From NCBI GenBank assembly GCA_902795435.1, contig CADBLE010000004.1, forward strand, positions 71,601 through 135,600: a DNA stretch of 64,000 bases, written 5' to 3'. The DNA comes from an uncultured Pseudomonadota bacterium (GTDB lineage: Bacteria; Pseudomonadota; Alphaproteobacteria; Rs-D84). Below the pieces are notes generated by a model. That model did not search any database, was not told the DNA's origin, and saw nothing but the letters and a program-made list of their open reading frames with translations. This document shows, one piece after another, positions 1 through 10,341 of this stretch (within the stretch, counting starts at the first letter, position 1; the number at the start of each line of letters is the position of its first letter). The position numbers were made by a program, and so were the translations under genes.

Positions 1-207
1 GCCAAAGCAGAAGAATTAAACCAGGGTTTACGTGGTGCAAACGCATTTGCAAGCACAATGAATCGTGGTTGGGGAAATTTGTTTGCTGCGGGTGTAAGAA
101 ATTCTGCACAAAACCAACTGAATGAATACGCACAAAAACTTTATGATGATTGTGCAAAAAAGACCGGTTATATCCGCATAAAAAATTGCAAAAAGGCCGA
201 CAAATAG
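1..207 (+). CDS. 3' end of a CDS that begins upstream of the window; hypothetical protein
   Basis: Frame 1 is open from position 1 and translates to ...NRGWGNLFAAGVRNSAQNQLNEYAQKLYDDCAKKTGYIRIKNCKKADK*, stopping at 205-207. A hairpin plus T-tract terminator follows. Confidence 0.4.
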   Translation, partial: AKAEELNQGLRGANAFASTMNRGWGNLFAAGVRNSAQNQLNEYAQKLYDDCAKKTGYIRIKNCKKADK

Positions 208-211
208 TTTT

Positions 212-248
212 ATAAAAAATACCGGCATTTGCCGGTATTTTTTTAACT
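212..248. terminator. bidirectional intrinsic terminator (accggcatttgccggt hairpin flanked by A and T runs)
   Basis: aaaaaataccggcatttgccggtatttttttaac sits between convergent genes and is a perfect palindrome with a T run. Confidence 0.6.
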
Positions 249-251
249 TTT

Positions 252-542
252 TTATTTAATTGGTGGAAAACAATTATCACCGCCATTTGGACAGCAAACC
301 ATCCAACCGCCACCGGCATCTGTATAAACTTCGCCAGCACAGCAACCGTTTGAATCTGGTTTTTGTCCATCTTCACATAATAATGGTTCTGTGAAAAATC
401 TGGACCAATTTGATATTGTATAATTCACACCAAAACCAAACAGCGTCCCAAACAAAAACGCCAAAACAACCCAAACCCAAGTTTTAGATTTTTTTACCAC
501 GACATTTTGTTTTACAGATTTTTTCACAACTTTCTTTTTCAT
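252..542 (-). CDS. small bitopic membrane protein with a Cys/Gly-rich C-terminal tail (hypothetical)
   Basis: 96-aa ORF with a Lys-rich N-terminus, one hydrophobic segment (WVWVVLAFLFGTLFGFGV) and a CC...CC tail. Confidence 0.35.
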   Translation of the reverse strand: MKKKVVKKSVKQNVVVKKSKTWVWVVLAFLFGTLFGFGVNYTISNWSRFFTEPLLCEDGQKPDSNGCCAGEVYTDAGGGWMVCCPNGGDNCFPPIK

Positions 543-553
543 AATTATTTCCC

Positions 554-1195
554 CTATTCTTCTATAATTTTTTCAAGTTGAATTATAAAGTCTATTGCAG
601 GGTTAGTCAATTTTTTTGCCTTTTCCAACATTTTTTCTGCTTCTGCCTGCATTTGTAAACGTTTATATGTTTCAACTATTTCGGTTGCTTCATATCTATT
701 TTCAATATTGTCATCATTTAATGCGCGTGCAATATCTATTTCTTTTTTTGCCAAATCTTTATAAACATTTGTGTTTTTTGCACAACCGCGTTCTGACAAA
801 TTAGCATAAATTTTTGCACGTTCTATATGAATTTCTGAATTAAGGTCATTTTCTGCAAAATCTTCCAATCTTTGAATCAACAATTTTTCAACTGCTTCAC
901 AAGTAACACTTGGCAATTTTGCCGTTTTTTCTTCTTCTTCTTTTTGTTCTGGGACATCAAAATTTCTGTCGTTGCAATTTTCAGAAAAGATTTTATTTAA
1001 TCTTTCTAATTCATCATATTTACCCCATGACAATGCTTTTGATATTTTACCAGATAATTCTATACATTGTTGTTCCGTCATTACTGATTTGTTTGTATGT
1101 ATTACACCATTTGCGATATAACCCAACATTCCACCAACTAAAAATAAAGCACACAAACCAATTATGCCGTATATGTGATTTTGTTTGTTTTTCAT
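554..1195 (-). CDS. hypothetical N-terminally anchored protein with an acidic, helical body
   Basis: 213-aa ORF with an N-terminal TM (IYGIIGLCALFLVGGMLGYI). No motif I recognise. Confidence 0.4.
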   Translation of the reverse strand: MKNKQNHIYGIIGLCALFLVGGMLGYIANGVIHTNKSVMTEQQCIELSGKISKALSWGKYDELERLNKIFSENCNDRNFDVPEQKEEEEKTAKLPSVTCEAVEKLLIQRLEDFAENDLNSEIHIERAKIYANLSERGCAKNTNVYKDLAKKEIDIARALNDDNIENRYEATEIVETYKRLQMQAEAEKMLEKAKKLTNPAIDFIIQLEKIIEE

Positions 1196-1221
1196 TTTCC
1201 TCTCTCCTTTTTTTATTTATT

Positions 1222-1941
1222 TTATTTAACAATACCATCTTTGATGGTAATAATTCTATCTGCTTTTTTTGCTAAATTCATATCATGCGTCACGAACAGC
1301 AAAGACATTTTATTTTTACGAACGATATTCAATAACAAATCAAAAACATTGTTTGCGTTTTCTGGGTCCAAACTGCCCGTTGGTTCGTCCGCCAATAATA
1401 TTTCAGGATTATTTGCCAATGCACGTGCCAGGGCCGTTCTCTGTTGTTCACCACCAGACATTTCAGATGGATAATGAGAAGCACGATGTGCAACATTTGC
1501 AGCACGCAATAATTTCATTGCACGCGCAGTTGCTGTTTCTTCATCAACACCATTTGCCATCATTGGTAAAACAACATTTTCAATTGCCGAAAAATCAGAT
1601 AACAAATTATGTTTTTGATATACGAAACCAATTTTATTGCGACGCAACATTGTTCGTGTTTCTTCTGTGATTTTATCAGTTGGCATACCGTTTATTAAAA
1701 TATCACCACTGGTTGGTTTATCCAATAATCCAATACATTGTAATAATGTAGATTTACCAGAACCACTCTGTCCAACAATCGCAACAATTTCACCACGATA
1801 TAAATTGAAACCACCACCACGTAAAACCTTTAATGGTTGACCACCTTCTATGAAAGTTTTTTTGATATCACGCACAGACAGCACAACGTCTTTTCTTGAT
1901 ATTTTTGTTAAAGAATTCAATATACTTGCCATGTGTGTCAC
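1222..1941 (-). CDS. lolD: lipoprotein-releasing system ATP-binding protein LolD (ABC ATPase)
   Basis: Walker A GQSGSGKSTLL, ABC signature LSGGEQQRTALARAL, Walker B LLADEPTGSLD. It lies directly downstream of a LolC/E-type permease. Confidence 0.8.
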   Translation of the reverse strand: MTHMASILNSLTKISRKDVVLSVRDIKKTFIEGGQPLKVLRGGGFNLYRGEIVAIVGQSGSGKSTLLQCIGLLDKPTSGDILINGMPTDKITEETRTMLRRNKIGFVYQKHNLLSDFSAIENVVLPMMANGVDEETATARAMKLLRAANVAHRASHYPSEMSGGEQQRTALARALANNPEILLADEPTGSLDPENANNVFDLLLNIVRKNKMSLLFVTHDMNLAKKADRIITIKDGIVK

Positions 1942-3198
1942 CTATTCGTTACGTAATGTTTCTACTGGGTCTGTGTTTGATGCCTTCCATGCAGGATACA
2001 ATGTTGCCAAAAATGCCAAAGCAATCGCAATAACAGCAATACTGATAACTGATGATGGAACAATTTTTGATGGCAATTCAGACAAAGAATATAATTCTGC
2101 CGGGAACAAATCACGACCAGTTATAAATTGGAAAAACTTTCTGATTGGTTCAATATAGATTGCAAATATCACACCCAATATTGTTCCGAATACAGAACCA
2201 ATTAAACCGATACTGGTGCCAGATAAAATAAATATTTTCATCATAGATTTTCTTGAAACACCAAATGTTCGCATAACTGCAATATCTTTGTTTTTATCTT
2301 TAACCAACATAACCAATGATGAAATTATGTTGAACGCTGCAACAATAACTATCAACAACAAGATTAAAAACATAACACTGGATTCAACCTGTAATGCACC
2401 AACAAAACCACGATTCAAATCACGCCAATCACGAACAACAAACCCATCTGGCAATAAAGTATCCAAAGCACTGACCACTTCGCCACTGCGTTCTGCATCT
2501 GTCAAAAACAAATCTATGTGTGTTACAGAATCTTGAATATTCAGATATTTTTGTGCAGATTCCAATGGCATAAATATATAACCAGAATCATATTCATACA
2601 TTCCCATAAAGAAAGACGAAACAACTGGATAAGACATTATTCGTGGCATTGTTCCAAATGGTGTAGCAGTTCCGCCGTTTGCAGAAATCAAAGAAACTTT
2701 GTCCCCAGCGGTTACACGCAACGCGCGTGATAATGCAGAACCAATAACCAATTCATCTTCTTTGACTTTATCTAATGCCTTGCCATAAATACGTGTTCCT
2801 GTATTTGTTTTTGCAATCAAATCTGGCATACGAATACCACGAACCATAGCGCCCGAATTATTACCATTGCTGGACGCCATAATTTGTCCTTCTGCGATTG
2901 GAACAATAGAAGTTGTATATTTTGCAACAACTTTATTTTGACGCATTTTGTCTATCAAGAAATCATAATCAGAAATTGTTCCACCATTATGATAAACAAC
3001 AACATGTCCGTTCATTCCAATAATTCTGGACAATAAAGTTTCATGAAAACCACCCATCACAGACATCACAACAATCAAAGTTGCAACACCCAACATAATA
3101 CCAATCAAAGAAACCCAAGAAACCACAGAACCAAAACCACGTTTCTTGGCAAACATATATCTGAAAGCAACCTTTTTTTCTAAATCAGAAAACAACAT
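1942..3198 (-). CDS. lolC: lipoprotein-releasing system permease LolC/LolE (FtsX/MacB-type)
   Basis: 418 aa with an N-terminal TM, a large periplasmic domain and three C-terminal TMs (FtsX fold). It is translationally coupled to lolD. Confidence 0.75.
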   Translation of the reverse strand: MLFSDLEKKVAFRYMFAKKRGFGSVVSWVSLIGIMLGVATLIVVMSVMGGFHETLLSRIIGMNGHVVVYHNGGTISDYDFLIDKMRQNKVVAKYTTSIVPIAEGQIMASSNGNNSGAMVRGIRMPDLIAKTNTGTRIYGKALDKVKEDELVIGSALSRALRVTAGDKVSLISANGGTATPFGTMPRIMSYPVVSSFFMGMYEYDSGYIFMPLESAQKYLNIQDSVTHIDLFLTDAERSGEVVSALDTLLPDGFVVRDWRDLNRGFVGALQVESSVMFLILLLIVIVAAFNIISSLVMLVKDKNKDIAVMRTFGVSRKSMMKIFILSGTSIGLIGSVFGTILGVIFAIYIEPIRKFFQFITGRDLFPAELYSLSELPSKIVPSSVISIAVIAIALAFLATLYPAWKASNTDPVETLRNE

Positions 3199-3209
3199 AT
3201 TTTATTCCT

Positions 3210-4565
3210 TTATTGGTTCAAGAAATCACGTAAATTATCACCAACCAATTGTTTAGAATCGGTTTTGTTCGCATCAACAATTGATATCAAACGCGGACTT
3301 ACAAATACCACCAATTCAGCAAAAGGACTTATCAAAGTTTCAGGTGTTGTAACAAATGCATGGGTTGGAATACCAACGAATACATAGTTATCACCAACAT
3401 TTGACATTATTTTGAAAGATGTCAATTCACCGTTGCTGGTACTCAATACAATTTTAGCATCTATCTTGTTATACCCACCATAATTACCGTATGTACCAGT
3501 TGCACCAACAATCAAATCTGTTTCAAGACGGTCTTCTTTGCCACATTGACCAATATCAAATCTTGATTGCCAACCGTTTGGCAGTGCAAAAGTTCCCTGG
3601 GATATCAAAACCATTTTCGCCTGTTGAGAAATAAACTGTTGTAATGTTTTTGTGTTTATTTCAGGACTTACCACCAACGCGCGTCCTACAACCCCCGGTA
3701 TAGACATGTGAATATTTGTTTCACCGAATGCAGGCAACATATTCATCCAAACAATTGGATTATCTGTTTTTGGATAAACACGATATACATCCATATCCCA
3801 TGCGATTACATATTTTTTAGCACTGACATCTGCGATAATTTTTGCAACTTCCCTTTGTGTTTGATAATTACCTTCAAATACAACTGTTTTATCTTGCCAA
3901 TTCACCAACAGATTTAACACATCTGCACCACGCATAGCGTCTATTATAGCCATTATCATGGTTTCATCTTTTGGCATTTTTATCATAAATTTCCCATGAC
4001 CAGTTATATGTAATTCACCAAACTCTTTATCATAAGAATAATATACACGACCCAATTTAGTAATTAAATCAACCGCGTCAGCCAATGAACCTGTTTTGAT
4101 AGAACCAGTAATTTTTTCAAATGTTTTTTGGTCTTCCAACACAGAAACATCTGTATCTGCCAATAATTTTTCAAGAACATCTTTCACATACATTTTCTTG
4201 AAATCAAAATCAGAAACCTTTAAATCTGGTAATGGGTCACCATTATTTATACGAACAATTTCTATTTTTTCTTCTGGTAATACAGAAACAACACTTTGAT
4301 TATCCCAATCTACATTACATCTTTTTGGTAAATCCAGTGCAAAATGTTGAGCAGTATCTGTGGTCAAAGCCGCCTTTTTCGGGAAAATAGGCACAGATTT
4401 TTCATTTATAACAGAATTTTGGACAACATTTACTGTATCAAATACAGGCATATTTTGTCGTTTATTTGCACACCCATAAACAAATACAGAACACAAACCA
4501 ACGATAAAAAACATCATATTTTTTGCTTGTTTTTGTGCCATCTTCTTTCCTTTTTTATATTTCAT
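3210..4565 (-). CDS. outer-membrane lipoprotein with secretin-like N-domain and C-terminal motif; candidate type IVb-pilus/T2SS secretin (BfpB/TcpC/PilN-like)
   Basis: It has a lipobox (FVYGC). FDFKKMYVKDVLEKLLADTDVSVLED...GSLADAVDLITKLGRVYYSY resembles a secretin N0/N1 domain. The C-terminus ...AELVVFVSPRLISI resembles the secretin hallmark (LLVFVTPRIV). Confidence 0.45.
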   Translation of the reverse strand: MKYKKGKKMAQKQAKNMMFFIVGLCSVFVYGCANKRQNMPVFDTVNVVQNSVINEKSVPIFPKKAALTTDTAQHFALDLPKRCNVDWDNQSVVSVLPEEKIEIVRINNGDPLPDLKVSDFDFKKMYVKDVLEKLLADTDVSVLEDQKTFEKITGSIKTGSLADAVDLITKLGRVYYSYDKEFGELHITGHGKFMIKMPKDETMIMAIIDAMRGADVLNLLVNWQDKTVVFEGNYQTQREVAKIIADVSAKKYVIAWDMDVYRVYPKTDNPIVWMNMLPAFGETNIHMSIPGVVGRALVVSPEINTKTLQQFISQQAKMVLISQGTFALPNGWQSRFDIGQCGKEDRLETDLIVGATGTYGNYGGYNKIDAKIVLSTSNGELTSFKIMSNVGDNYVFVGIPTHAFVTTPETLISPFAELVVFVSPRLISIVDANKTDSKQLVGDNLRDFLNQ

Positions 4566-4578
4566 ATTTATATTTATA

Positions 4579-4902
4579 CTAGATATTCATAATTTTTTCA
4601 AATTCTTCTAGCGTCATTTCATAGATAGGTTTTTGTGTTGGGGTAACCAAATGTTTGACAGATTCAAATCTTTTTTCAAACAAATCCATCGCATTTGTTA
4701 TTTCAGGTGTCAATTGCGCCCCCGACTTTTTTAATCTGTTTCCATATTCTACGATATATTCCAGAACATCTGCCGCAAAGAAACGACCAACATAATTTTC
4801 CAGCGCAATTCCGCCTTTTTCAACACACACAGCCGATAAAACACGCGACATTTCGTTATAAAAATTAGCCAATTTTATATAAGTTTGTATTGATATTGCC
4901 AT
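4579..4902 (-). CDS. hypothetical cytoplasmic protein
   Basis: 107-aa ORF with no recognisable motif. Confidence 0.35.
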   Translation of the reverse strand: MAISIQTYIKLANFYNEMSRVLSAVCVEKGGIALENYVGRFFAADVLEYIVEYGNRLKKSGAQLTPEITNAMDLFEKRFESVKHLVTPTQKPIYEMTLEEFEKIMNI

Positions 4903-4979
4903 CTCTTTTTCCCCATTATGTTTTTTACATTATAAAAACTATTGCCACAAAAACGCAAATAAATTATAATAAGAAAGAA

Positions 4980-5360
4980 ATGAGAATGAAATATTTATTT
5001 TTATTACTTGCTTTAACAGCATGTGCATCTGCAAATCGTGGTTCCATAGATGACGCCACAATATTGAATTGGGAAAATGACGCGGTCACAACCGAACAAT
5101 TTGTTCGTGACCACAAATCATGTCTTGGAATAAAAACCAATAATTATGTTCCTCGTTCCAGAATTGCCAAACTGTTATCCCCAAATCAAAGTGCCCAGAT
5201 GCCTGATTGGGACGGTTTATGGGTTACATTCCAATCTAATGAATACAAAGATGTTGGACAAAGGGCTTTGTTGTCCGTTCCACCTAATACCGCATCAAAA
5301 ACAACGGGATATTACCGTAAATGTATGTTAAAACGCGGTTATCTGTTACGTGCAAAATAA
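4980..5360 (+). CDS. hypothetical lipoprotein
   Basis: MRMKYLFLLLALTACASA gives a signal peptide plus lipobox. The upstream part of the tracked ORF (4890-) overlaps the convergent gene, so I trimmed it to the ATG at 4980. Confidence 0.45.
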   Translation: MRMKYLFLLLALTACASANRGSIDDATILNWENDAVTTEQFVRDHKSCLGIKTNNYVPRSRIAKLLSPNQSAQMPDWDGLWVTFQSNEYKDVGQRALLSVPPNTASKTTGYYRKCMLKRGYLLRAK

Positions 5361-5411
5361 TTTTGTGTGTCCTGTTGGCTATTTACTAAAAAATATGATA
5401 TAATTGTCGGT

Positions 5412-6110
5412 ATGAAGAAAACTATATTCTTTTGGCTGTATTTTATAGTGTCAATCATTTTGGCGGTGTATTTTTCGACCAGAATTATAACCAGTCAAAT
5501 GGGCCGTGGGCCGATATCACAGATAAAAAAAGTTTATATATTCAGTGACACAAAAGAAACCGATATGAAACCATTGGAAATGGCGGTTGGTATTCCACAC
5601 GGAACAGATATTCGTTCAATAGACCTGAACCAGATAAACAACCGTATGTTAAAGGTTCCTGGGGTAAAAAATTCCGCAACCCGTCGTATGCCAAATGGGA
5701 ATATCATAATACAAACAAAACAACATCATGCCGTTGCACTGTTTTTTGATGGACTTTATTATTATCCACTGTCCGAAGATAAAACAAAAATAGATACACC
5801 ATCTGAAACAAGGGACGAAAATTCCATTGTATTTCGTGGAAATTTGGAAGAAATGCCAGATGATTTAACAGAAATTATTAAAACAGTTTCTGTGTTATCT
5901 GAACACATAGATTACATGGATTATATAGAAGCAAGACGTTGGAATTTACACACAAAAAATGGAATTACAATATATTTGCCTGAAAATAATCCTGCGACCG
6001 CAATAAACAAAATAAACATATTAAACCAAACACATAAATTATTGTCCCGTGAATTAGAAATCATAGATTTACGGAACGACGCAAGAATTTTGGTAAAAAC
6101 AAGAAAATGA
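5412..6110 (+). CDS. ftsQ: cell division protein FtsQ-like (bitopic, POTRA-type)
   Basis: It has an N-terminal TM (IFFWLYFIVSIILAVYF) followed by a periplasmic domain, and sits immediately upstream of, and overlapping, the ftsA-like gene. I trimmed the tracked start (a GTG at 5367) to the ATG at 5412. Confidence 0.5.
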   Translation: MKKTIFFWLYFIVSIILAVYFSTRIITSQMGRGPISQIKKVYIFSDTKETDMKPLEMAVGIPHGTDIRSIDLNQINNRMLKVPGVKNSATRRMPNGNIIIQTKQHHAVALFFDGLYYYPLSEDKTKIDTPSETRDENSIVFRGNLEEMPDDLTEIIKTVSVLSEHIDYMDYIEARRWNLHTKNGITIYLPENNPATAINKINILNQTHKLLSRELEIIDLRNDARILVKTRK

Positions 6111-7891
6111 ATTTTTCTAAATCATATATTTTATGTCTAGACATTGGTTCATACGGTGTATGTGGTTTGGTAACACGCGTTATAAACGGAAAAATGGAAC
6201 AATCTTATGCCCATTTTGTAAAAAATCCTGATACTGTTTTTGCATTAAAAAGTGTTATTGACGAACTTGAACAGAAAATCGGTCAGCACCTGACCAGCGC
6301 ATACATAACTGGAAATCTTGGTGAACTTGATTTTCAATTATCAACACAAATAAAACAATTTGGCACACCACACCAAATCACTGAATATGATTTAAAAAAA
6401 CAAATCAACGGAATAAAAATCAAAGATGGTTTTTACAAAATGCATGTTATACCTGTTTCATATAAAACACCTACGAAACAGAATATAACAACAACCCCTG
6501 TATCACAAATTGACACAGAATTGCACAGTGTTTTCAGTGTGATTTCTTATCCAGAAGACAAAACATTAAAAATCAACGAAATTTTACGCAGTGCGCATAT
6601 ACAACCACTTGGATTTTTTGATCCATGTTTTTTACAAGGGCAACTTTATACGCCAAAAACAGGGACAACTTTATTTCTAGATTTGGGTGCAGAATTTACA
6701 ACTGTATCATTTTGGTTTTCCAAGGGACCTTTGTTTATGAAAAAAATCCCATTTGGTCAAAATGATATAACAAAAGAATTGGCTGAAAAAATAAATATAT
6801 CTGAAAAAGATGCAGACGATTTGAAAATATCAATATCAAATACAGTTCCAAATGAAAACGACAGATTTCATCCTGCGGCGGAAACTGGAAAATTTGCTTC
6901 TATTCAAAGGTCTGATATAAATGATGTTTTTCAACCAAAAATACTTGAATTGGTAAATTTGATAAAACAAGAATCTGCCAGATATTTGGATAAATATAAA
7001 CCAAACAAAATTATACTCTCTGGCGGTGGTGCATCTATCCGTAATATAAATTCTTTCCTGGAAAAACATTTCGGTGTACCCGTTGAAAATCATGGTGAAA
7101 TGGCGTCATTGAATGCATTGCTGACTTATATTTGGGACGCATATAAACCAGACCGTGAAAAATTCATAAAAAAACAAACTGCTTTCGATAACAGATTAAA
7201 TAAATTCTTGAAATTATTTAAGAGAAAGAAAATAAAACCAAAACGCAGATTTGTTCCAATCATGCCAAGCACGCTGTGTTTTGATATGAACGATAATTCA
7301 ACATATACAATGTTTGCGTCTGGTGGTATTTCCATGATTCATGTTGATATTATGGACGGTTTATATGTAGATAGAATGGCCGGTGGAATAGACGAACTTG
7401 AAAAAATCAGAATGAAAACAGGTATGCATTTACATACACATTTAATGGTACAAACACCTGCTATTATCGCGGCAGATGCAATAAACGCTGGTGCAGACAC
7501 AATAATAATTCCTGCAGAAACACCTGGAACAGAAAACGCAATCAGAATTATCAAGAAATCTGGCAAACGTTGTGGAATCGCATTAAATCCAGACATTCCT
7601 GCGACATTTATAAAAGACATGTTGCCAATGGTTGATGAAGTTATGGTAATGGCTGTTAAACCGGGCGCTGCGGGTCAAAAATTTGATGACAGTGTTCTTG
7701 AAAAAATAAAATCACTTGATTACACCAGAAAAAAACATGGTCTAAAATATTTAATCAGTGTTGATGGTGGCATAAACCCAGAAACTGCAAAATTATGTTG
7801 GAATGCTGGCGCAAATTTATTGGTATCTGGTTCTTATCTTGAAAACGCACCAGATTTCAGATTGGCAATCATCAGTTTATTGAAGCACTAA
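6107..7891 (+). CDS. FtsA-like actin-family division protein fused in frame to ribulose-phosphate 3-epimerase (Rpe)
   Basis: Residues 1-~375 look like FtsA: LCLDIGSYGVCGLV, ...IILSGGGASIRNINSFLEKHFGVPVE, and an amphipathic basic helix FDNRLNKFLKLFKRKK. Residues ~385-594 carry Rpe hallmarks: IMPSTLCFDM..., MIHVDIMDG, HLMVQTP, VDGGINPETA. No stop codon separates the two parts. Confidence 0.6.
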   Translation: MNFSKSYILCLDIGSYGVCGLVTRVINGKMEQSYAHFVKNPDTVFALKSVIDELEQKIGQHLTSAYITGNLGELDFQLSTQIKQFGTPHQITEYDLKKQINGIKIKDGFYKMHVIPVSYKTPTKQNITTTPVSQIDTELHSVFSVISYPEDKTLKINEILRSAHIQPLGFFDPCFLQGQLYTPKTGTTLFLDLGAEFTTVSFWFSKGPLFMKKIPFGQNDITKELAEKINISEKDADDLKISISNTVPNENDRFHPAAETGKFASIQRSDINDVFQPKILELVNLIKQESARYLDKYKPNKIILSGGGASIRNINSFLEKHFGVPVENHGEMASLNALLTYIWDAYKPDREKFIKKQTAFDNRLNKFLKLFKRKKIKPKRRFVPIMPSTLCFDMNDNSTYTMFASGGISMIHVDIMDGLYVDRMAGGIDELEKIRMKTGMHLHTHLMVQTPAIIAADAINAGADTIIIPAETPGTENAIRIIKKSGKRCGIALNPDIPATFIKDMLPMVDEVMVMAVKPGAAGQKFDDSVLEKIKSLDYTRKKHGLKYLISVDGGINPETAKLCWNAGANLLVSGSYLENAPDFRLAIISLLKH

Positions 7892-8281
7892 TTTACGACC
7901 GTCGCCATTTTGCATTATATTGATATGTATTGTGTTTGATGGCAATTTATCTTTTGCGATATCTGGCCATTCTATCAATGTAATATCATTATCTATCGCA
8001 TATTGCAGACCGATTTCTTCCAATTCAGATTCGTCCCCTATTCTGTATAAATCAAAATGAGAAATCCCATCATAATTTTGGACCAATGTGAATGTAGGAC
8101 TTGGCACAACTGTATCTTCACCACGCAGTGTTTTAATAATTGTTCGTGCAATCTCACTTTTTCCCATACCCAAATCACCATGCAACGCAACTGTTATTGG
8201 TGCATGCAAAGTTTTCGCAAATTCACGCGCCCATGCACGTGTTTCTTCAACATTGTTTAAAATAAAAGTTTTCTGTTCCAT
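7877..8281 (-). CDS. tsaE: tRNA threonylcarbamoyladenosine biosynthesis protein TsaE (YjeE)
   Basis: 134 aa with the P-loop VALHGDLGMGKSEIAR typical of YjeE/TsaE. Confidence 0.7.
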   Translation of the reverse strand: MEQKTFILNNVEETRAWAREFAKTLHAPITVALHGDLGMGKSEIARTIIKTLRGEDTVVPSPTFTLVQNYDGISHFDLYRIGDESELEEIGLQYAIDNDITLIEWPDIAKDKLPSNTIHINIMQNGDGRKLVLQ

Positions 8282-8284
8282 TTT

Positions 8285-10279
8285 TTATTCCAATAATAAT
8301 AAATCGTCTTCTAATTTATGAATTGTGTCACGTGTTGCCGCTGCTTCTTCAAATTCAAGGTTTTCAGCATGCTTTAACATCTTTTTGGTCAATGCCTTGA
8401 TTTCCTTACGCAGAGTTTCAGCATCCATAACACCATTTTCATTATACACAAATCTTTTTGCTTTGTCAGTTTTTCCTTGTTCAATTTTTACTTCATCAAA
8501 AACAGATTTTGCAATTGTCTTTGGTATAATACCGTGTTCTTCATTATATTTTTGTTGTTTTTCACGACGACGGGCGGTTTCATCAAGTGCCTCTTTCATA
8601 GAATCAGTTATTTTATCAGCATACAAAATAACACGACCATTTGCGTTTCTGGCAGCACGACCAATTGTCTGAATCAGAGAACGTGTTGAACGTAAAAAAC
8701 CTTCTTTATCAGCGTCCATAATTGCAACCAATTCACATTCTGGGACATCCAAACCTTCCCTTAGCAAATTTATTCCAACCAAAACATCATATTTACCCAA
8801 TCTTAAATCACGCAATAAATCTATTCTTTCCAATGTTTCTATATCACTGTGCAGATAACGTGCGCGAACACCATTTTCAACGAAATAGTCCGTCAATTGT
8901 TCAGCCATTTTCTTGGTCAAAGTTGTAACAATCACACGACCCTTTGTCTGTTTAACCTGGTCTAATAAATCATCAACCTGATTTTGTGTTGGACGAACAT
9001 CACAAATTGGATCTAATAACCCGGTTGGACGAATAACCTGTTCAGACACAATTCCACCCGATTGTTCCAATTCCCATTGTGCAGGTGTTGCGGACACAAA
9101 TATAGTTTGCGGACGCAGAGAATCCCATTCATCAAAAGTAAGCGGTCTGTTATCAACACATGATGGTAATCTGAATCCATATTGTGCCAATGTTTCTTTG
9201 CGCGCACGGTCACCACGCGACATAGCACCAATTTGTGGCACTGTAACATGGCTTTCGTCTATAAACAAAACCGCATCATCTGGTAAATATTCAAACAAAG
9301 TTGGTGGTGGTTGTCCCGGTAATCTGCCCGTCATATATCTTGAATAATTTTCTATTCCACGACAAGTTCCGGTTGATTCCATCATTTCAATATCAAAATT
9401 TACACGTTCGCGTAATCTTTGTTCTTCTATGTATTTCATATTGTCATGAAAATATTTCAACCGTTCATCTAAATCTATTTTAATCTGGTCTAATGCCTGT
9501 AATACAGATGGCATAGGTGTTGCATAGTGCGTATTTGGATAAATAGAAATTCTGTTTAATTTTTGTAATTTATTACCAGTCAAAACATCTATTTCCCAGA
9601 TTTCATCAACTTCGTCCCCGAAAAATGATATTTTCCATGCTCTGTCCTGGGAATGAGATGGAAAAACATCCAATGTATCGCCACGAACACGGAATTCACC
9701 ACGCGAAAATCCCATATCATTTCTTTTGTATTGAATATCCACCAAATAACGTGCGACATCTTTTTCAGATATTCTGTCCCCGGTATTCAAAACCAATTTC
9801 ATTTGTGCATATTGTTCTGGGGAACCAATACCATAAATAGATGATACAGACGAAACAACAATAACATCTCTTTCTTCTAACATTGCCCTGGTCGCACTGT
9901 GGCGCATACGGTCTAATTGTTCGTTTATAGCCGCATCTTTATCTATGTAAGTATCCGTTGTTGGAACATAGGCTTCTGGTTGATAGTAATCATAGAAAGA
10001 AACAAAATATTCAACATGATTTCTTGGAAAGAAAGATTTCATTTCTGTATATAATTGTGCCGCCAAAATTTTATTTGGTGCCATAATTATTGTCGGACGT
10101 GATAATTCTTGGATAACATTAGCCATTGTAAATGTTTTTCCAGAACCCGTTACCCCTAATAAAACCTGAGATTTTTTACCTTCATTGACCCCAGCGACCA
10201 ATTCCGCAATCGCAGTTGGTTGGTCTCCCATTGGGGCATAATCAGATTCTAACGAAAAAACACTTTCTTTTGTTTTCAT
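8285..10279 (-). CDS. uvrB: excinuclease ABC subunit B (UvrB)
   Basis: 664 aa with [15 protein letters not shown] (Walker A), helicase motifs and a UvrB C-terminal coiled-coil ([10 protein letters not shown]). Confidence 0.9.
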   Translation of the reverse strand: MKTKESVFSLESDYAPMGDQPTAIAELVAGVNEGKKSQVLLGVTGSGKTFTMANVIQELSRPTIIMAPNKILAAQLYTEMKSFFPRNHVEYFVSFYDYYQPEAYVPTTDTYIDKDAAINEQLDRMRHSATRAMLEERDVIVVSSVSSIYGIGSPEQYAQMKLVLNTGDRISEKDVARYLVDIQYKRNDMGFSRGEFRVRGDTLDVFPSHSQDRAWKISFFGDEVDEIWEIDVLTGNKLQKLNRISIYPNTHYATPMPSVLQALDQIKIDLDERLKYFHDNMKYIEEQRLRERVNFDIEMMESTGTCRGIENYSRYMTGRLPGQPPPTLFEYLPDDAVLFIDESHVTVPQIGAMSRGDRARKETLAQYGFRLPSCVDNRPLTFDEWDSLRPQTIFVSATPAQWELEQSGGIVSEQVIRPTGLLDPICDVRPTQNQVDDLLDQVKQTKGRVIVTTLTKKMAEQLTDYFVENGVRARYLHSDIETLERIDLLRDLRLGKYDVLVGINLLREGLDVPECELVAIMDADKEGFLRSTRSLIQTIGRAARNANGRVILYADKITDSMKEALDETARRREKQQKYNEEHGIIPKTIAKSVFDEVKIEQGKTDKAKRFVYNENGVMDAETLRKEIKALTKKMLKHAENLEFEEAAATRDTIHKLEDDLLLLE

Positions 10280-10341
10280 AAATTTTTTTATTCACATACC
10301 ATAATATAATTCATTATAATGAAAATACAAGGAAAGAGAAT

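Noticed and set aside
6107-7891. Treating ftsA-rpe as two separately annotated genes
   Set aside because: No stop codon or frameshift is visible between them. I kept one feature and flagged the alternative of internal initiation at 7261.
8057-9249. Multiple short ORFs antisense to tsaE and uvrB
   Set aside because: They are antisense to high-confidence housekeeping genes.
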